Positions 24,732-37,263 of a DNA stretch of 64,000 nt are shown in pieces; within the stretch, counting starts at the first letter, position 1; each line of letters begins with the position of its first letter. Below the pieces are notes generated by a model that saw nothing but the letters and a program-made list of their open reading frames with translations, was not told where the DNA came from and did not search any database. The position numbers and the translations under genes are program-made. Origin of the DNA: Octopus sinensis (lineage: Eukaryota); NCBI RefSeq assembly GCF_006345805.1, contig NC_043016.1, positions 13,020,001 to 13,084,000 of the forward strand, given 5' to 3'.

Positions 24732-27700
24732 GAATGCAGATAGTCAGAGACGAGAGAGTGAGACTGACAATGTGCAGGTCTTCTTCACCTTAAATGAAAT
24801 CACTGTGCTCTTAAGGATGACTAAGCTGGTCCTTGTTGTTCTAACAGATGAACATGTACATTTGTTATAGAGAGTATAAACTTATGGTGATATTCAAAAG
24901 ACAACTGGTTAATAGACCTAATTCTTTGTACATTCTTAGAACTTCATCTTCACTCCACTCTCGTCGTAGACCTAATTTTATTAGATTAAATACATGTAGT
25001 TATGTGTTTGTATATATTTATTTATTGGTAACCTATATTATGCAGATACTCATATAATTCTGTCCTACCATTAGTTTTGCACCATTATGTAAATGAGTTG
25101 TACCAGAAGTTTCATTTGCATTTTAACAAGTAGCCTTCATTTACCGTTATTGAGAAGAAAGGAGTGAATGAATCTTGATGGATTGTTGAATAATAATAAA
25201 ACCACTTGGTTCTGTCCCCATCTAAGGCCTTACCAAAGAAAAGATTCTTTTTGTCCTAACCTTAAATTCAAAGTGAGACTAAATATGCATTAAATATGTA
25301 TGGATGTGCATGATTAAATTTTATTGGTTTATTGCAGTTCAGTTGCTTAAAGGGAGACAACTGCACCACAGGTTACTGTTGCTGTTTGCTCAAAACATTT
25401 TGGATCATTTAAAGCACTTACAAAGCACCCACCCAGTACACTCTGTAAAGTGGTTGGCATTATTAGGAAGGGCATCCAGCCATAGAAACCATGCCAAAAC
25501 AGACATTGGAACCTGGTGCAGCTCCTGGCCTTACCAGCTCCTGTCAAACCATCCAATCCGTGCTGGAAAGAGGACACTAAATGATGATGATGATGATGAT
25601 GATACTAGCAAAGTTGTTTGCTATGTTGATTTTCTTTTGGCTGATCTGAAAATGGAAAATAAAAAAGACAACCAGAAAAAATTTGCAGCATACAGAGATA
25701 TATGCATGCAGTTTAATCAAATGTGATTCTCTGAGTATGTTGCCTTTACCATAAGCAGATTGACATCCCTGTGCTGCAGTGTGTGTTATGTAGTTGCTGT
25801 GTTTCATACATTTGACACAGTCCAATGCAGAGAAATAAATAACATATGATGGATGATGCAATAGAAGTGATTTAACCCAGGATAGGCAATATCGGAAATG
25901 ATATATATATTTGTATAGCCCCTCGTTGAGCAGAGTGACACAGTGGAAGTGTGCTGGGTGGGACTGTTACTCGGAGATCTGTTGATTGAAACTATAATCC
26001 GTGAAGAAATGGATGCTATTTTTGATAGTTACACATTTCGGCTGATTTATCTACAAGTATATCAACCATATATACATATATATGTATGTACTTACAGGGA
26101 TAGGTAGAAATTATTTTATGCAGCAGAAATTTATTCAAGGTCAAGGGGGTCATCAAGTGACTTGGGTACACACCAAAACCTAAGTAGTGGATCAATGACA
26201 GCAACAACAACAACAGGACTTTTTGCTTAGTATATAAGATATTCGTGTGTGTGTGTGTGTGTATTACTGTATTGATCAGACTGTCAGATGTTGTTATACA
26301 TTGTTGGTCACAATATTCTTCCTTGCATTGTTGTAGCTATTGACCGATGCCCTTCTGTTGCTTTGGCAGGCAAGCCAACGCTCCCCCTGAATGGGGTACC
26401 CATCTATAGGGTTACCCATGTATGTGGGAGAAATTACAATAAACACAAGTTTTATATCATTTATTCCCCACACATGTTTCACCATTGTGGTTGTTCGGAA
26501 TCTAAGCATTGGATTCCCTAAGAGCAGTTGAATGCTTAACCGCTATAGATTATCAGAGAATACTTTAATTCTTCCTCTGTATATCATGACCAAAATACTA
26601 CAAAGTAGTTGCTTAACCACAATGCTGGAAACAGACTGGATGATGATAGTCTACAAAGAGCTCTAAACCTAACTGAACCAGTTGTACACCTAATTGCACA
26701 CATGATATATGCCAGTACATGTACACACACACACACACACACACATTCACTCACTATGTAAATTGACTTCTGTTAGGAGCTGGATCTAATGGTAGGAAGC
26801 ATGCTAGATAAAATACACGAGTGAGGCACAGTACCCCACCCCCACCCATCTCTGATACATTTTGGACAGTAACTCTAAGTTCCAACTCGGACCTGAAACC
26901 CATTCTTCCAGCCATGCCAGCTTAGAAATCGGATGTAAAAAATGATACTGATGTGTGTGTGTGTGTTTAATTTATTTAACAAATATCGAATTTATCCATT
27001 TTGTAAATTGTAAGAAAGCGATGTAGCAAAAAACCCTGTTATAGTAAACCTTATGTTTGTATTGATGAATCTTAGTGTAGGCTATGTCGCTTTTCACACT
27101 TCAACATCTCTACAAATCAACAGACAAACATCAAAGCGGTGGTGGTGGTGGTAATAGGGCTCTATACAATTGCTCTTTAATTACCTTCAAACCACAACAT
27201 AGCATTCATCATCATCATCATCATGAAACATCTGTTTTTCATGCTTGCATGGGTTGGACCGGTTGACAGGATCTGAAGAGCTGCAGAACTGGATTGAACT
27301 TCAGTGTTTGCTTTGGCATGGTTTTTGCAGTTGGATGCCCTTCTTAGCGTGACCTTATGATAATAATAATAATAATAATAATAATAAAGCACATGTTGAG
27401 AAATGTACTCTTAGACATCATTTATTGAAATCAAGATAGGTTGGTCATGATTGGAATATTTTAGTTATTGGCCTGCTGAGCCTAGCCTCAGCAGCAACGA
27501 GCACACGCACACACACACGCGCTCTCCTCTCTCTCACTCACTCAGTTCATTAATTTTAATTATCATGAAATGTATAAAAGGTAAATCGGTTTCAATCTTT
27601 GGCACAAGGCCAGTAATTCTGGAGGAGAGGTAAGTCTATTATATTGACCCCAGTGCACAACTGGTATTTATTTTATAGACCCCGAAAGGACGAAAATTGA

Positions 27701-28402
27701 CTCTGGCAGAATTTGAACTCAAAATGTAAAAACAGAGAAAATGGCACTAAAATATTTTGCTCGCTGTGCTAATGGGTCTGCCAACTCACTGGCTTAGAAT
27801 GTATAAGATATATATTCTTTTCTACTCTAGGCACAAGGCCTGAAAATTTTGGGGAATTTGAACTCAGAACGTAAAGACAAATGAAATACCTCTAAGTATT
27901 GCACCCGGTGTGCTAATGTTTCTGCCAGCTCACCACCTTGTATAAGATGTATATAAAAAGATGATGGTAAAGATAAGACAAGTTGGAGGAAGACACAAGG
28001 GAGATGGCGATAAATGAGTGTTTATGGGTATGTGTGAGCATGCATCCAAACATGCATGTGGCAATAGTCAAATATGGCCTAAGCCATAATAGCTAAAACA
28101 GAGTTAAGGATTAAAGAAGATGTACATTTATGTGCATGCACGCGCACACACACACACACATGAGGGTTCATGAATACTGATACACACCATACGTACATAT
28201 TTGGGCATGCACACAGAGATTTCCTAGAAGCGATTTTTGTAATCTAGGACATTTGATTGCTTCTGGTTAAGTGTTCATCTTAATGCTGTCACAAGACCAA
28301 AGCAGGGTGCAATAGTCCAGGCAATTGAGATGAACCACTTTCCACAGGATCAATTCAACTTCCTGTTTTACTGTAAATAATCTTACAACCAATCCTGCCT
28401 GT

Positions 28403-28600
28403 CATATATATATACCGGAGTAAACACATAAATGTGGAGCAAGGTGGAAAAAATAGTACTCAAATACCAGAGGTAGAGTAATATGCTTTATTTAAAAGCA
28501 GCAGAAATTTAACAAAAGCTGTTCCTGTCTGACGAACGGGAACGTGAAACTCCGAGTAACAGCTTTTGTTAAATTTCTGCTGCTTTTAAATGAAGTATAT
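28403..28600. mobile_element. Head-to-head inverted pair of a short retroelement, each side running into TA repeats
   Basis: 34-bp perfect inverted arms 28490-28523 / 28558-28591 (about 43 bp allowing 2 mismatches) enclose the hammerhead motif. Confidence 0.8.
28525..28562 (+). ncRNA. Minimal type I hammerhead ribozyme motif in a short non-autonomous, probably Penelope-derived element
   Basis: CTGT-CTGACGA-ACG(GGAA)CGT-GAAA-CTC(C)GAG-TA-ACAG: stem I CTGT/ACAG, intact CUGANGA core, 3-bp stem II with 4-nt loop, GAAA, near-palindromic stem III, GUA cleavage triplet (cut predicted after 28558). Confidence 0.85.
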
Positions 28601-29071
28601 ATATGTATGTGTGTATATATATGTATGTGTGTATATATATGTATGTGTGTATATATATATATGTATATATATATATGTATATATGTATATATATATATGT
28701 ATATATATATATGTATATATATATATGTATATATATATGAGTGTTGGGCTTCTTGGAGTTAAGTGGCTGAGTTCCTTTAGAGCGTTGGGCCTCACAGGGG
28801 TAATGATGAAGATCTTTGATATTATATCGTGTTTGAGAAGATCCATCAAATCGGGCAAAATCTCAGTCATGGTGTCACACAAATGGCACCTGTGCCGGTG
28901 GCATGTAAAAGCACCCATTATACTCTCGGAGTGGTTGGCATTAGGAAGGGCATCAAGCCATAGCAAACCATGCCAAATCAGACTGGACTCTGGTGCAGCC
29001 TTCCACTATGCCAGCCCTGTCCAACCCATGCCAGCATGGATAACGGACATTAAATGATGATGATATATATG

Positions 29072-29632
29072 TTCTCTTTTTTATTCTTGTTTACACATTC
29101 TGGGGCACCACCTTTAATCGAACAAATCGACCCCAGGACTTATTCTTTGTAAGCCTAGTACTTATTCCATCTGTCTCTTTTGTTGAACCACTAGGTTTTG
29201 GTAACATAAGCACACCAACATCAGTTGTCAAATGATGGTGGTGGGGGAGACAAACACAGACACACACACATAAATGTATATACATATATATATATACATG
29301 AGGGGCTTCTTTCAGTTTCCGTCTACCAAATATACCCACAAGGCTTTGATCGGCTCAAGGCTATAGTAGAAGGCACTTGCTCAAGCTGCCACGCAGTGGG
29401 ACTGAACCCAGAACTATGTGGTTGAGAAGCAAGCATCATTCCACACCTGCACCTAGCATTGCTTGACAACCGATGCTGGTGTGTTTATGTCCCCATCACT
29501 TAGCGGTTCGGCAAAAGAGACCGATAGAATAAGTACTGGACTTACAAAGAATAAGTCCCGGGGTCGAGTTGCTCGACTAAAGGCGGTGCTCCAGCATGGC
29601 CGCAGTCAAATGACTGAAACAAGTAAAAGAGA
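29072..29632. mobile_element. SINE family B minus copy followed by a plus-strand 3-prime half
   Basis: 29072-29450 minus; 29453-29632 plus. Confidence 0.8.
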
Positions 29633-30125
29633 TTTAAAAAAAAAAAACATCTGGCCAAATTTGGACATACGACAGTTTAACATAATAGCAATGATATATA
29701 TTATTTAAAGGCAGTGAGTTGGTGGAATAGTTAGCTCACAGGTTAAAATACCTAACAGCATTTTGTGTGACTTTACATCTTGTGTTTAAATTCCATTGAT
29801 TGACTCTGCCTCCCATTCTTTTGGGGTCAATAAATTAAGAGAACTGGGGTCAGTGTAATGTATTAACCTCCGCCCCCATAATATAGTGTAAGGGTTTATA
29901 CATGTTATAATCAACTGTATGGTTGTAATGTCTCCTGGTTGCAGTATGTTGAGGATGCTGATGTTCTTGGAATCTTCCTGTTTAATTTCATGATGCTTTC
30001 ATCAGCCTATGTATATGAAACATTGAGGTGTTTTTGAAGGATTTTGGTTTTCAAGTGCATTTATATTTTGGTATGATGGAGAAGTCTGTTACAACCAATA
30101 AAGGCACCAAAGATTGTATATATCT

Positions 30126-30357
30126 CTTTCTTTACTACCCACAAGGGGCTAAACACAGAGAGGACAAACAATGACAGACAAACAGATTAAGTCGATTATA
30201 TCGACCCCAGTATGTAACTGGTACTTATTTAATCGACCCCGAAAGGATGAAAGGCAAAGTCGACCTCGGCGGAATTTGAACTCAGAACATGGTGGCAGAC
30301 GAAATACGGCTACGCATTTCACCCGGCGTGCTAACGATTCTGCCAGCTCGCCGCCTT
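30126..30357 (-). mobile_element. SINE family A
   Basis: High similarity to other copies. Confidence 0.9.
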
Positions 30358-31286
30358 ATACAAAGATTGTATATATCGAGGTACTTTATGATGAGTTGTT
30401 GACTTTTTTTTATTATTATTTTAAATAGATACCATTGACTTTTCAGCAAATATCTCATTTATTATATTCGCTGTGTGCCAATGATGCAAATATAATTCTA
30501 CAGTTTTAGTTTGATTTTGTCAAAAGCCTATTTTAATCCAAGACTAACTGGTGCCAATACTAAATTGTACCATAATTTTCTGCGCCAATCACTGGTGTGT
30601 CTACGTTAATAGCAGCAGCGATAGCAATAGCTTCCATGACAACAGCAAGAAGTAACAGCAGCTCTATACTAGCAACAGTCTTGGTCAGCAGTTTTCTCAA
30701 CCAATCAGCTAGTGTATCTACTCATAATCTTAGTGGCCTGTGTCATAATTTTTCAACCCAGTTAACTTTTAACAGTAACTGGTGCCAATACAAGCCGATG
30801 TCATCAATGTTTCTAACACACCAGTAACTTAAAACCAAAGCTATATTAAATGTTGCTAGTCATGGTTTGTTTTACTGTCCTGGTCACTGGTAGTTGTCCA
30901 GCATGCAGACCAGTGTACAGTTATAGTGTTACTAGTTGTGGCAGCTGAGAACAGCAGGGATCATTTGGCACAGACCAGATTGGCAGTTTTATTAGTTGTT
31001 TCACATCAGGCGTAGCTGTTAACTTCCATGTTGCATCTTATTGGTTGTCCAGATGTTGACAGAATGGAGGTGACCAGCTTTATTGTAATTCGTCTTCCTG
31101 GATATTGGGTGAAGACCAGCAAAAATTGTCCAGTGAATTTATTGCTAGTTCTGGTTTTTGACATTATGGAGAAGATCATGATACTGCCCCCACCCCTTCA
31201 ACCAAACAGATGGTGGTGTCAAACCAGAAGGCACAATGTATCTGCTACCACAAGGATGTTATCTTCTATTCTCTGCTTTTCCTGCT

Positions 31287-31293
31287 ACTACCT

Positions 31294-31333
<40 letters not shown>

Positions 31334-31425
31334 CACCACCACCACTACTACTACTACTACTACCACCACTACCACCACCACCACCACTACCACCACCACC
31401 ACCACCACCACTACTACTCCTCCTC
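31287..31425. repeat. (TAC)n/(CAC)n trinucleotide microsatellite
   Basis: Seen directly; source of the poly-Thr/Pro/His ORFs. Confidence 0.95.
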
Positions 31426-32339
31426 CTCCAACAATGGTTTTTGCTCCTTGGCGCTGACTGGGTTCGTGCCATCTATGAGCAACTCATCTCCTCTCTCTTC
31501 ATCATCATCATTGCTTCACCAATCAATGTATTCAGCCCTTCTTTCCCAAAAGTTTGGTCTCGTATTCCTTTTCTGTTCATATGTTTCCTTCATGCGTTCA
31601 CTTGAAACTGTTCAAGAGGAACATTAATGGCATCGATCTCACCATTCAAGGAGATTTGGGTGAAATCCACGAGGATTTCCCCTTTCTCCAGCAACTAGGA
31701 GAAAAAATAAAACTGCTTTAGCTGTGGAGAGTGTTATGAACTAACACCAAGGGCGAATGTGAGCATGCCACTATTACAGAGCTGTTCATAGTTTGTAATT
31801 AGAGTTTTAATGATACATAACTCTATAACGACTCTCTTAAGAACTAAGCAAAAGCCGGTGGTAGCCATAAATCTAAAATCATATTGGATATGTACTTCAG
31901 AACTTTCTACAGTCTCTTGTACAAAAGCACAGATTTACTTGCAGGTTGTACACGCATTTTATGCAGCTGATGCAATTCAAATACATACATGCACATGTGC
32001 ACACACACATATGCACAGATTACCAGCAGGTTGTTGAAGGCTGTGTTCATGTCTATATCTGTAACATTCATACATTCTGAGTTTTCTGTTGCATTCACCC
32101 TTTTTTGGTAAAGTGTAACATACACTTCTTTTGAATATATTTATAACATACATCTTTGATGTCAAAACTAAAGCCTCGTGTGATATGTGTAGTTTATTGC
32201 GGTCACTCATAACCCGTCACAAGCTAAACTCATTTATTGTCCAGTGCAGAATGTGGTCAAAACTATTTTAACTGTTATCGCACACTTTTGTTATTTTGAT
32301 CAGAATTTACAACTCTATAATTTGAACACTGCACCTTCC

Positions 32340-32490
32340 TTCTCTTGAATGTTACTCAACCATTCTTCTAGTTGTCTGACTATGCCAAGATCTACAGTTT
32401 GTGACATTTATACCATGATCATCAACTTTGTTGAAAGCCTTCACTTCACCATGTCAAGTACACTATATCCCACATTTTGACTGATTCAAC
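32340..32490 (-). pseudogene. CR1/L2-like RT remnant
   Basis: Degenerate KAFNKVDDHG...DLGIVRQLEEWLSN. Confidence 0.55.
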
Positions 32491-33133
32491 AACTGTTTCA
32501 CTTTCCAGTCAAAATGCTGGAGAAGCTGTGTCAGATATGCTTCCACTTGAATGGAAACTATGCTGAATATCACATGGCATTTCGTTTTCTTTTCAGAATG
32601 TAATCAGTTTCTTTCTGGTGATTCATTCCATGACCTTGTTGATACGTGGTGAAATCAGAAAGATATCTCTGTGATTTTTAGCACCGGCTCTGCTTCCTCC
32701 CTTATGGATAAAACATGTCTTTTTCTTTTCTTGTGTGTGTGTGTTGGGGTGGAGGTGAAGTTTATGACTAATAAATGAGGTTTCAAAAATTAGAGCTAAG
32801 CTAAAATTTGCTTACATGTTCTTAAGGAAAATTGTTGACAAATTATTGGATTACTGACATCAGGGTTAGTTCGTTCTATAAGATATTACAAAATCTTGCA
32901 TGATGGTTGTCAATTCCCCAGACAAAATTGCATTATTTGAAGAAGTCATCTGGCTAATCTTACATGAATGTGTACAAGTGGGATAGCGAAAACACTGTCA
33001 AATTATTCATTCAGCATTTCACCAATTTGTGAAGGTCTGCACTTACCGAGTTATTTCCTTTTTAAACAAAAGTTCTATTGTGTTTACTGAAGCTGTACAC
33101 TTTTATATAAATAAGTAGAAAACTCTAAAGTTG

Positions 33134-33200
33134 TTTTTATTTTATTTCATTTTGTTTTATTTCATTTTGTTTTATTTCATTTTGTTTTATTTCATTTTGT
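33134..33200. repeat. 15-bp repeat TTTTATTTCATTTTG, about 4 copies
   Basis: Seen directly. Confidence 0.85.
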
Positions 33201-33626
33201 TTTATTTTATTATTATTTTTATGTGTCCTGCAGCTCCGGTTTCCTTTTTGCCCTCATTTACATGGAAGCATTTTATTTTGTTCTCAATTTTGATAATATT
33301 TTATATAATCCGCAAGAACAGACACATACTCATGTACATACACACACACACACAAAATTTATGTGTATGTATGCGTGTACATATGTGAATGTAATTATAT
33401 ATATGTATGTATGTAAAAGTACATATGTATGCACACACAGACACATACATATACACTTGTGTATATATGTGCCATTCTTGTGAGTCACTTTCAGGAATTG
33501 TGTATACACACACACACACACACAGGGTCAGACGCAGTTAAGAAACTTCTTTCCCAACCATGCAGCCTTGGGCCAACCAAAACCTTGTCAGTGGATTTGG
33601 TGAACGGAAACTGAAAGAAACCCTAT

Positions 33627-34090
33627 CTTGTGTGTGTGTGTGTGTGTGTACATCCATGCATTCATAGCTATATGTGCATGTGTGTAAATATGTATATAGT
33701 GTGTGTGTATATACATGTATGTATATGTGTTTGTGTATATGTATGCATATGATGTGTGTGTGTGTGTGTATGTATGTATATAATGTGTATGTGTGTATAT
33801 GTATGTATATGATGTGTGTGTGTATATGATGTGTGTGTATATATGTATGTATATGATGTGTGTGTGTATATGTATGTATATGATGTGTGTATGTGTATGT
33901 ATATGATGTGTGTGTGTGTATGTGTATGTATATGATGTGTGTGTGTGTATATGTATGTATATGATGTGTGTATATGTATGTATATGATGTGTGTGTGTGT
34001 ATATGTATATATATAATGTGTGTGTGTATATGTATGTATGTATATATAAAATGTGTGTGTGTGTGTGTTTATTATATGTGTGTGTATAAT
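33627..34090. repeat. Compound TG/TA microsatellite with a loose higher-order ATATGATGTG unit
   Basis: Seen directly. Confidence 0.9.
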
Positions 34091-34623
34091 GATGATGGCT
34101 TGTTTGGATGGAACGTATTATCTCCAATAGGTTTTATTCTCTGCTTTTATTTTCACGTGATCCACACCAGCTGTATCATCTTTAGTCGTTTTCCTGTTGA
34201 TCTCTGTTAAGTGATTCTTTGTGGAATCCTGCCTTCACTTTCTCTTCTATGTTCCAGTGTAAGACTTGCCTTACCGAAAATCCTCCTGGGCTTCTTAACA
34301 CAGCTTACCCATCTCCGTTATGTCCCACTCTTTATTGGTCAGTAGGTTCCTGGGTGGTTTTGGCCCAGAGGACTTTGGTACTCACAATTTGTGAATTTCT
34401 AATATTTAATGTTACCCGAACCTGTTCATGACTGGATGTTTTCCGAGAATATTCGCATTCACTGGCCATGACATGATACTATACTACAAGATCAATTTGA
34501 CAGAAATTATAATCTTAATGCAGTTGGACAGAAAACTTTGCCATTAAAATATACTTCAAAATGTTGAACTCACTTTTCAAGTCTTGTTTCAACATTTGCC
34601 TCTGTATGTCTAGCTTATAAGTA

Positions 34624-35270
34624 CAGGTCATGCCTATGTACTGGTCGTTGTTGACCTATGACCACAATTGATTCCAACTGACTGGTCATAAGTCAGTTTG
34701 GTTGTAAGTCAGTTTGGTTGTAAGTCAGTTTGGTCGTAAGTCAGTTTGGTCGTAAGTCAGTTTGGTCGTAAGTCAGTTTGGTCGTAAGTCAGTTTGGTCG
34801 TAAGTCAGTTTGGTCGTTAGTCAGTTTGGTCATTAGTCAGTTTGGTCATTAGTCAGTTTGGTCATAAGTCAGCCTATAGACCTACATAGTTTTGTTTTAT
34901 ATTTTTACATTCTTAAGGTACATTCTCAGGTAAAAGTCACACACAGCATTCTGTATTATACCACAGCAGTGTTATTTGTTCACAGTCTCAAACAGTTGTC
35001 TTATAAACAAGTACAAGGTTGCCTCAATGTCTCCATGACAGGATATTCATTCAACACTTGAGATAACCACAATGGCGATTGAAAACCAAACCTAGAGTAA
35101 GTGGTTGTTACCTTAGTGTAAGTGACGTCAATCATAGAAGGGTTAATTTCTAAGAAATTAAACTCATTACATTTCAACTGGACTATATATTATTGCTGTC
35201 AGGAGCTGGTGCGCCAATTGTCATAAAATCAATCAGTTGTAAGTCAGATAGGTCATAAGTTGATGACCTG
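34624..35270. mobile_element. 647-bp TA-flanked non-autonomous DNA transposon (Tc1/mariner-pogo-like) with an internal 16-bp array
   Basis: TA|CAGGTCAT...ATGACCTG|TA. Removing it restores a continuous reading of the host RTE remnant (F-L-Y-L-*-ARHTEANVETR). Confidence 0.65.
34689..34872. repeat. Minisatellite, 16-bp unit TAAGTCAGTTTGGTCG, 11.5 copies
   Basis: Counted directly; variants are ordered along the array (TTG to TCG to TCA; TAAG to TTAG). Confidence 0.95.
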
Positions 35271-35480
35271 TATAGGAAACAATTCACTTCATTCAATGGG
35301 TGGTTTTTGACCATGGCAGAGCCAAGGTCATTGCCTTGAACTCCCACAGTCTCTACTTTTCCAGCATTAATCCTCAGTCTGGTTTTTACTCCTATCTCTG
35401 TTGGTCTGTCTATCTTTCTCTGCTCGGGTTGAACATTTTGGAATTTCAAGAAAATGTTGTCGAATGTTGTCAATGTGACA

Positions 35481-35858
35481 CAGGAGTGGCTGTGTGGTAA
35501 GTAGCTTGCTTACCAACCACATGGTTCTGGGTTCAGTCCCACTGCGTGGCACCTTGGGCAAGTGTCTTCTACTATAGCCTTTGGCCAACCAAAGCCTTGT
35601 GAGTGAATTTGGTAGACGGAAACTGAAAGAAGCCTGTCGTATATATATGTGTGTGTGTTTGTGTTTGTTCCCCCAACATCGCTTGACAACCGATGCTGGT
35701 GTGTTTACGTCCCCGTCACTTAGCAGTACGGCAAGAGAAACCGATAGAATTAGTACTAGGCTTACAAAGAATAAGTCCTGGGGTTGATTTGTTCGACTAA
35801 AGGCGGTGCTCCAGCATGGCCGCAGTCAAATGACTGAAACAAGTAGAAGAGTAAAAGA
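35481..35858 (+). mobile_element. SINE family B
   Basis: Full head-to-tail match to 13962-14360. Confidence 0.9.
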
Positions 35859-36264
35859 ATCTAGATCCCTTGCAGCCTGCTTTGCGTTTGCCATATACCT
35901 GCTTTGTTTTAGGTTACCTTACCCAGTCAGGGACCATCCTGTACAACACTGATAACAAACATGCTTCCATTCTGCCCTTCACTTTTTTTTTTTTTCGCTT
36001 TGGAAGGTTTTGATAATCTATTATTTATCACTTGAAATTGGTCAGCTTTGTACAATTGATGAACAATAGTATTATGGGTGTATTAAGGATTCTGTAGATG
36101 CTTATTAAACCTTTTATTACTTTCCTTTCAATGAAATTCAGGGTCAGGTCAATGCAGGGACTTCTTCCTGAATCCTGTGTATATAGTTGTTCTGTCTGTC
36201 TGTCTGTCTCTGTCACATACACACACACAAATGCAGACACACTCAGTAAACACTTCAATTATCT

Positions 36265-36590
36265 ATCTTTTACTTGTTTCAGTCATTGGACTGTGGCCAT
36301 GCTGGGGCACCACCTTGAAGGGTTTTAGTTGAACAAATCAATCCCAGTATATCTTTTATCTTTTACTTGTTTCAGTCATTATACTGTGGCCATGCTGGGG
36401 CACCACCTTGAAGGGTTTTAGTTGAACATATCAATCCCAGTATATCTTTTATCTTTTACTGGTTTCAGTCATTTGACTGTGGCCATGCTGGGGCACCACC
36501 TTGAAGGGTTTTAGTTGAACATATCAATCCCAGTATATCTTTTATCTTTTACTTGTTTCATTCATTGGACTGTGGCCATGCTGGGGCACT
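36265..36590 (-). repeat. Tandem array of a 93-bp SINE family B tail segment, 3.5 copies
   Basis: Units start at 36265, 36358, 36451 and 36544. Confidence 0.9.
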
Positions 36591-36760
36591 GCATCGAATG
36601 TTTTTTTAAAAAATTTAATGAATCAACCAGAGTATTATTTTTTTTTTTCCATTAAAACTTGATACTTATTCTATCAGTCTCTTTTTCCAAAACAATAAGT
36701 TACAAGGATATAAACACACCATCTCCAGTTGTCAAGTGTTGATGGAGTGATAAGCACAGC

Positions 36761-36791
<31 letters not shown>

Positions 36792-37213
36792 CACACAACA
36801 CACCACAACACACACACACACACAACACACACAATACACACACACAATACATACACACACAACACACACACACACACACACACACACAACACATGCACCA
36901 CACACACACAATACATACACACACAACACACACAAACAAACACATGCACCACACACACACACACACATGTACATGCTTTAAAATATACGCACTTGCAGCC
37001 ACTTTATCTCTTATCACTGATGAGGCTTTGGTTGATCTGAATTTATGGGACAAGACCCTTGACCCTGGGCCCATACAGTAAGACTGAACTCAGAGACAGG
37101 TGGGTTCAAAGTAGTCTTCTTAATTGTTCAGCCATGCCTGGTATATTTACCTATGTGCGTGTACGCACACATATGACACTTTTGTGCATATGTATACACG
37201 TATGTGTGTAAAT

Positions 37214-37263
<50 letters not shown>

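Larger units (their letters stand above)
34140..35473 (-). pseudogene. RTE-clade LINE, RT C-terminal remnant, interrupted by the 34624-35270 insertion
   Basis: Fragments RLRINAGKVET...PLNEVNCFLYL, TEANVETRLEK and VRQVLHWNIEEK correspond to the RTE post-YADD region. Confidence 0.7.

Noticed and set aside
29975-30008. Minus-strand CTGATGA-AAGCATCAT-GAAA-TTAA pattern
   Set aside because: No stem II pairing, no UH and no stem I.
31028-31627. 199-aa ORF with poly-Tyr/His
   Set aside because: Length is due to the TAC/CAC microsatellite.
31480-31700. Possible mariner C-terminal remnant on the minus strand
   Set aside because: Motifs too degenerate to call and no TIRs found.
33588-34127. Long His/Thr/Ile/Tyr or Cys/Val ORFs here and at 23096-23614, 36674-37074 and 38893-39452
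   Set aside because: Translations of CA/TA dinucleotide repeats.
34689-34872. Regular array superficially resembling CRISPR
   Set aside because: Contiguous 16-bp units without unique spacers, no cas genes, eukaryotic context.
37016-37050. CTGATGA followed by a weak stem (also 41514 and 51621)
   Set aside because: No GAAA after the stem.
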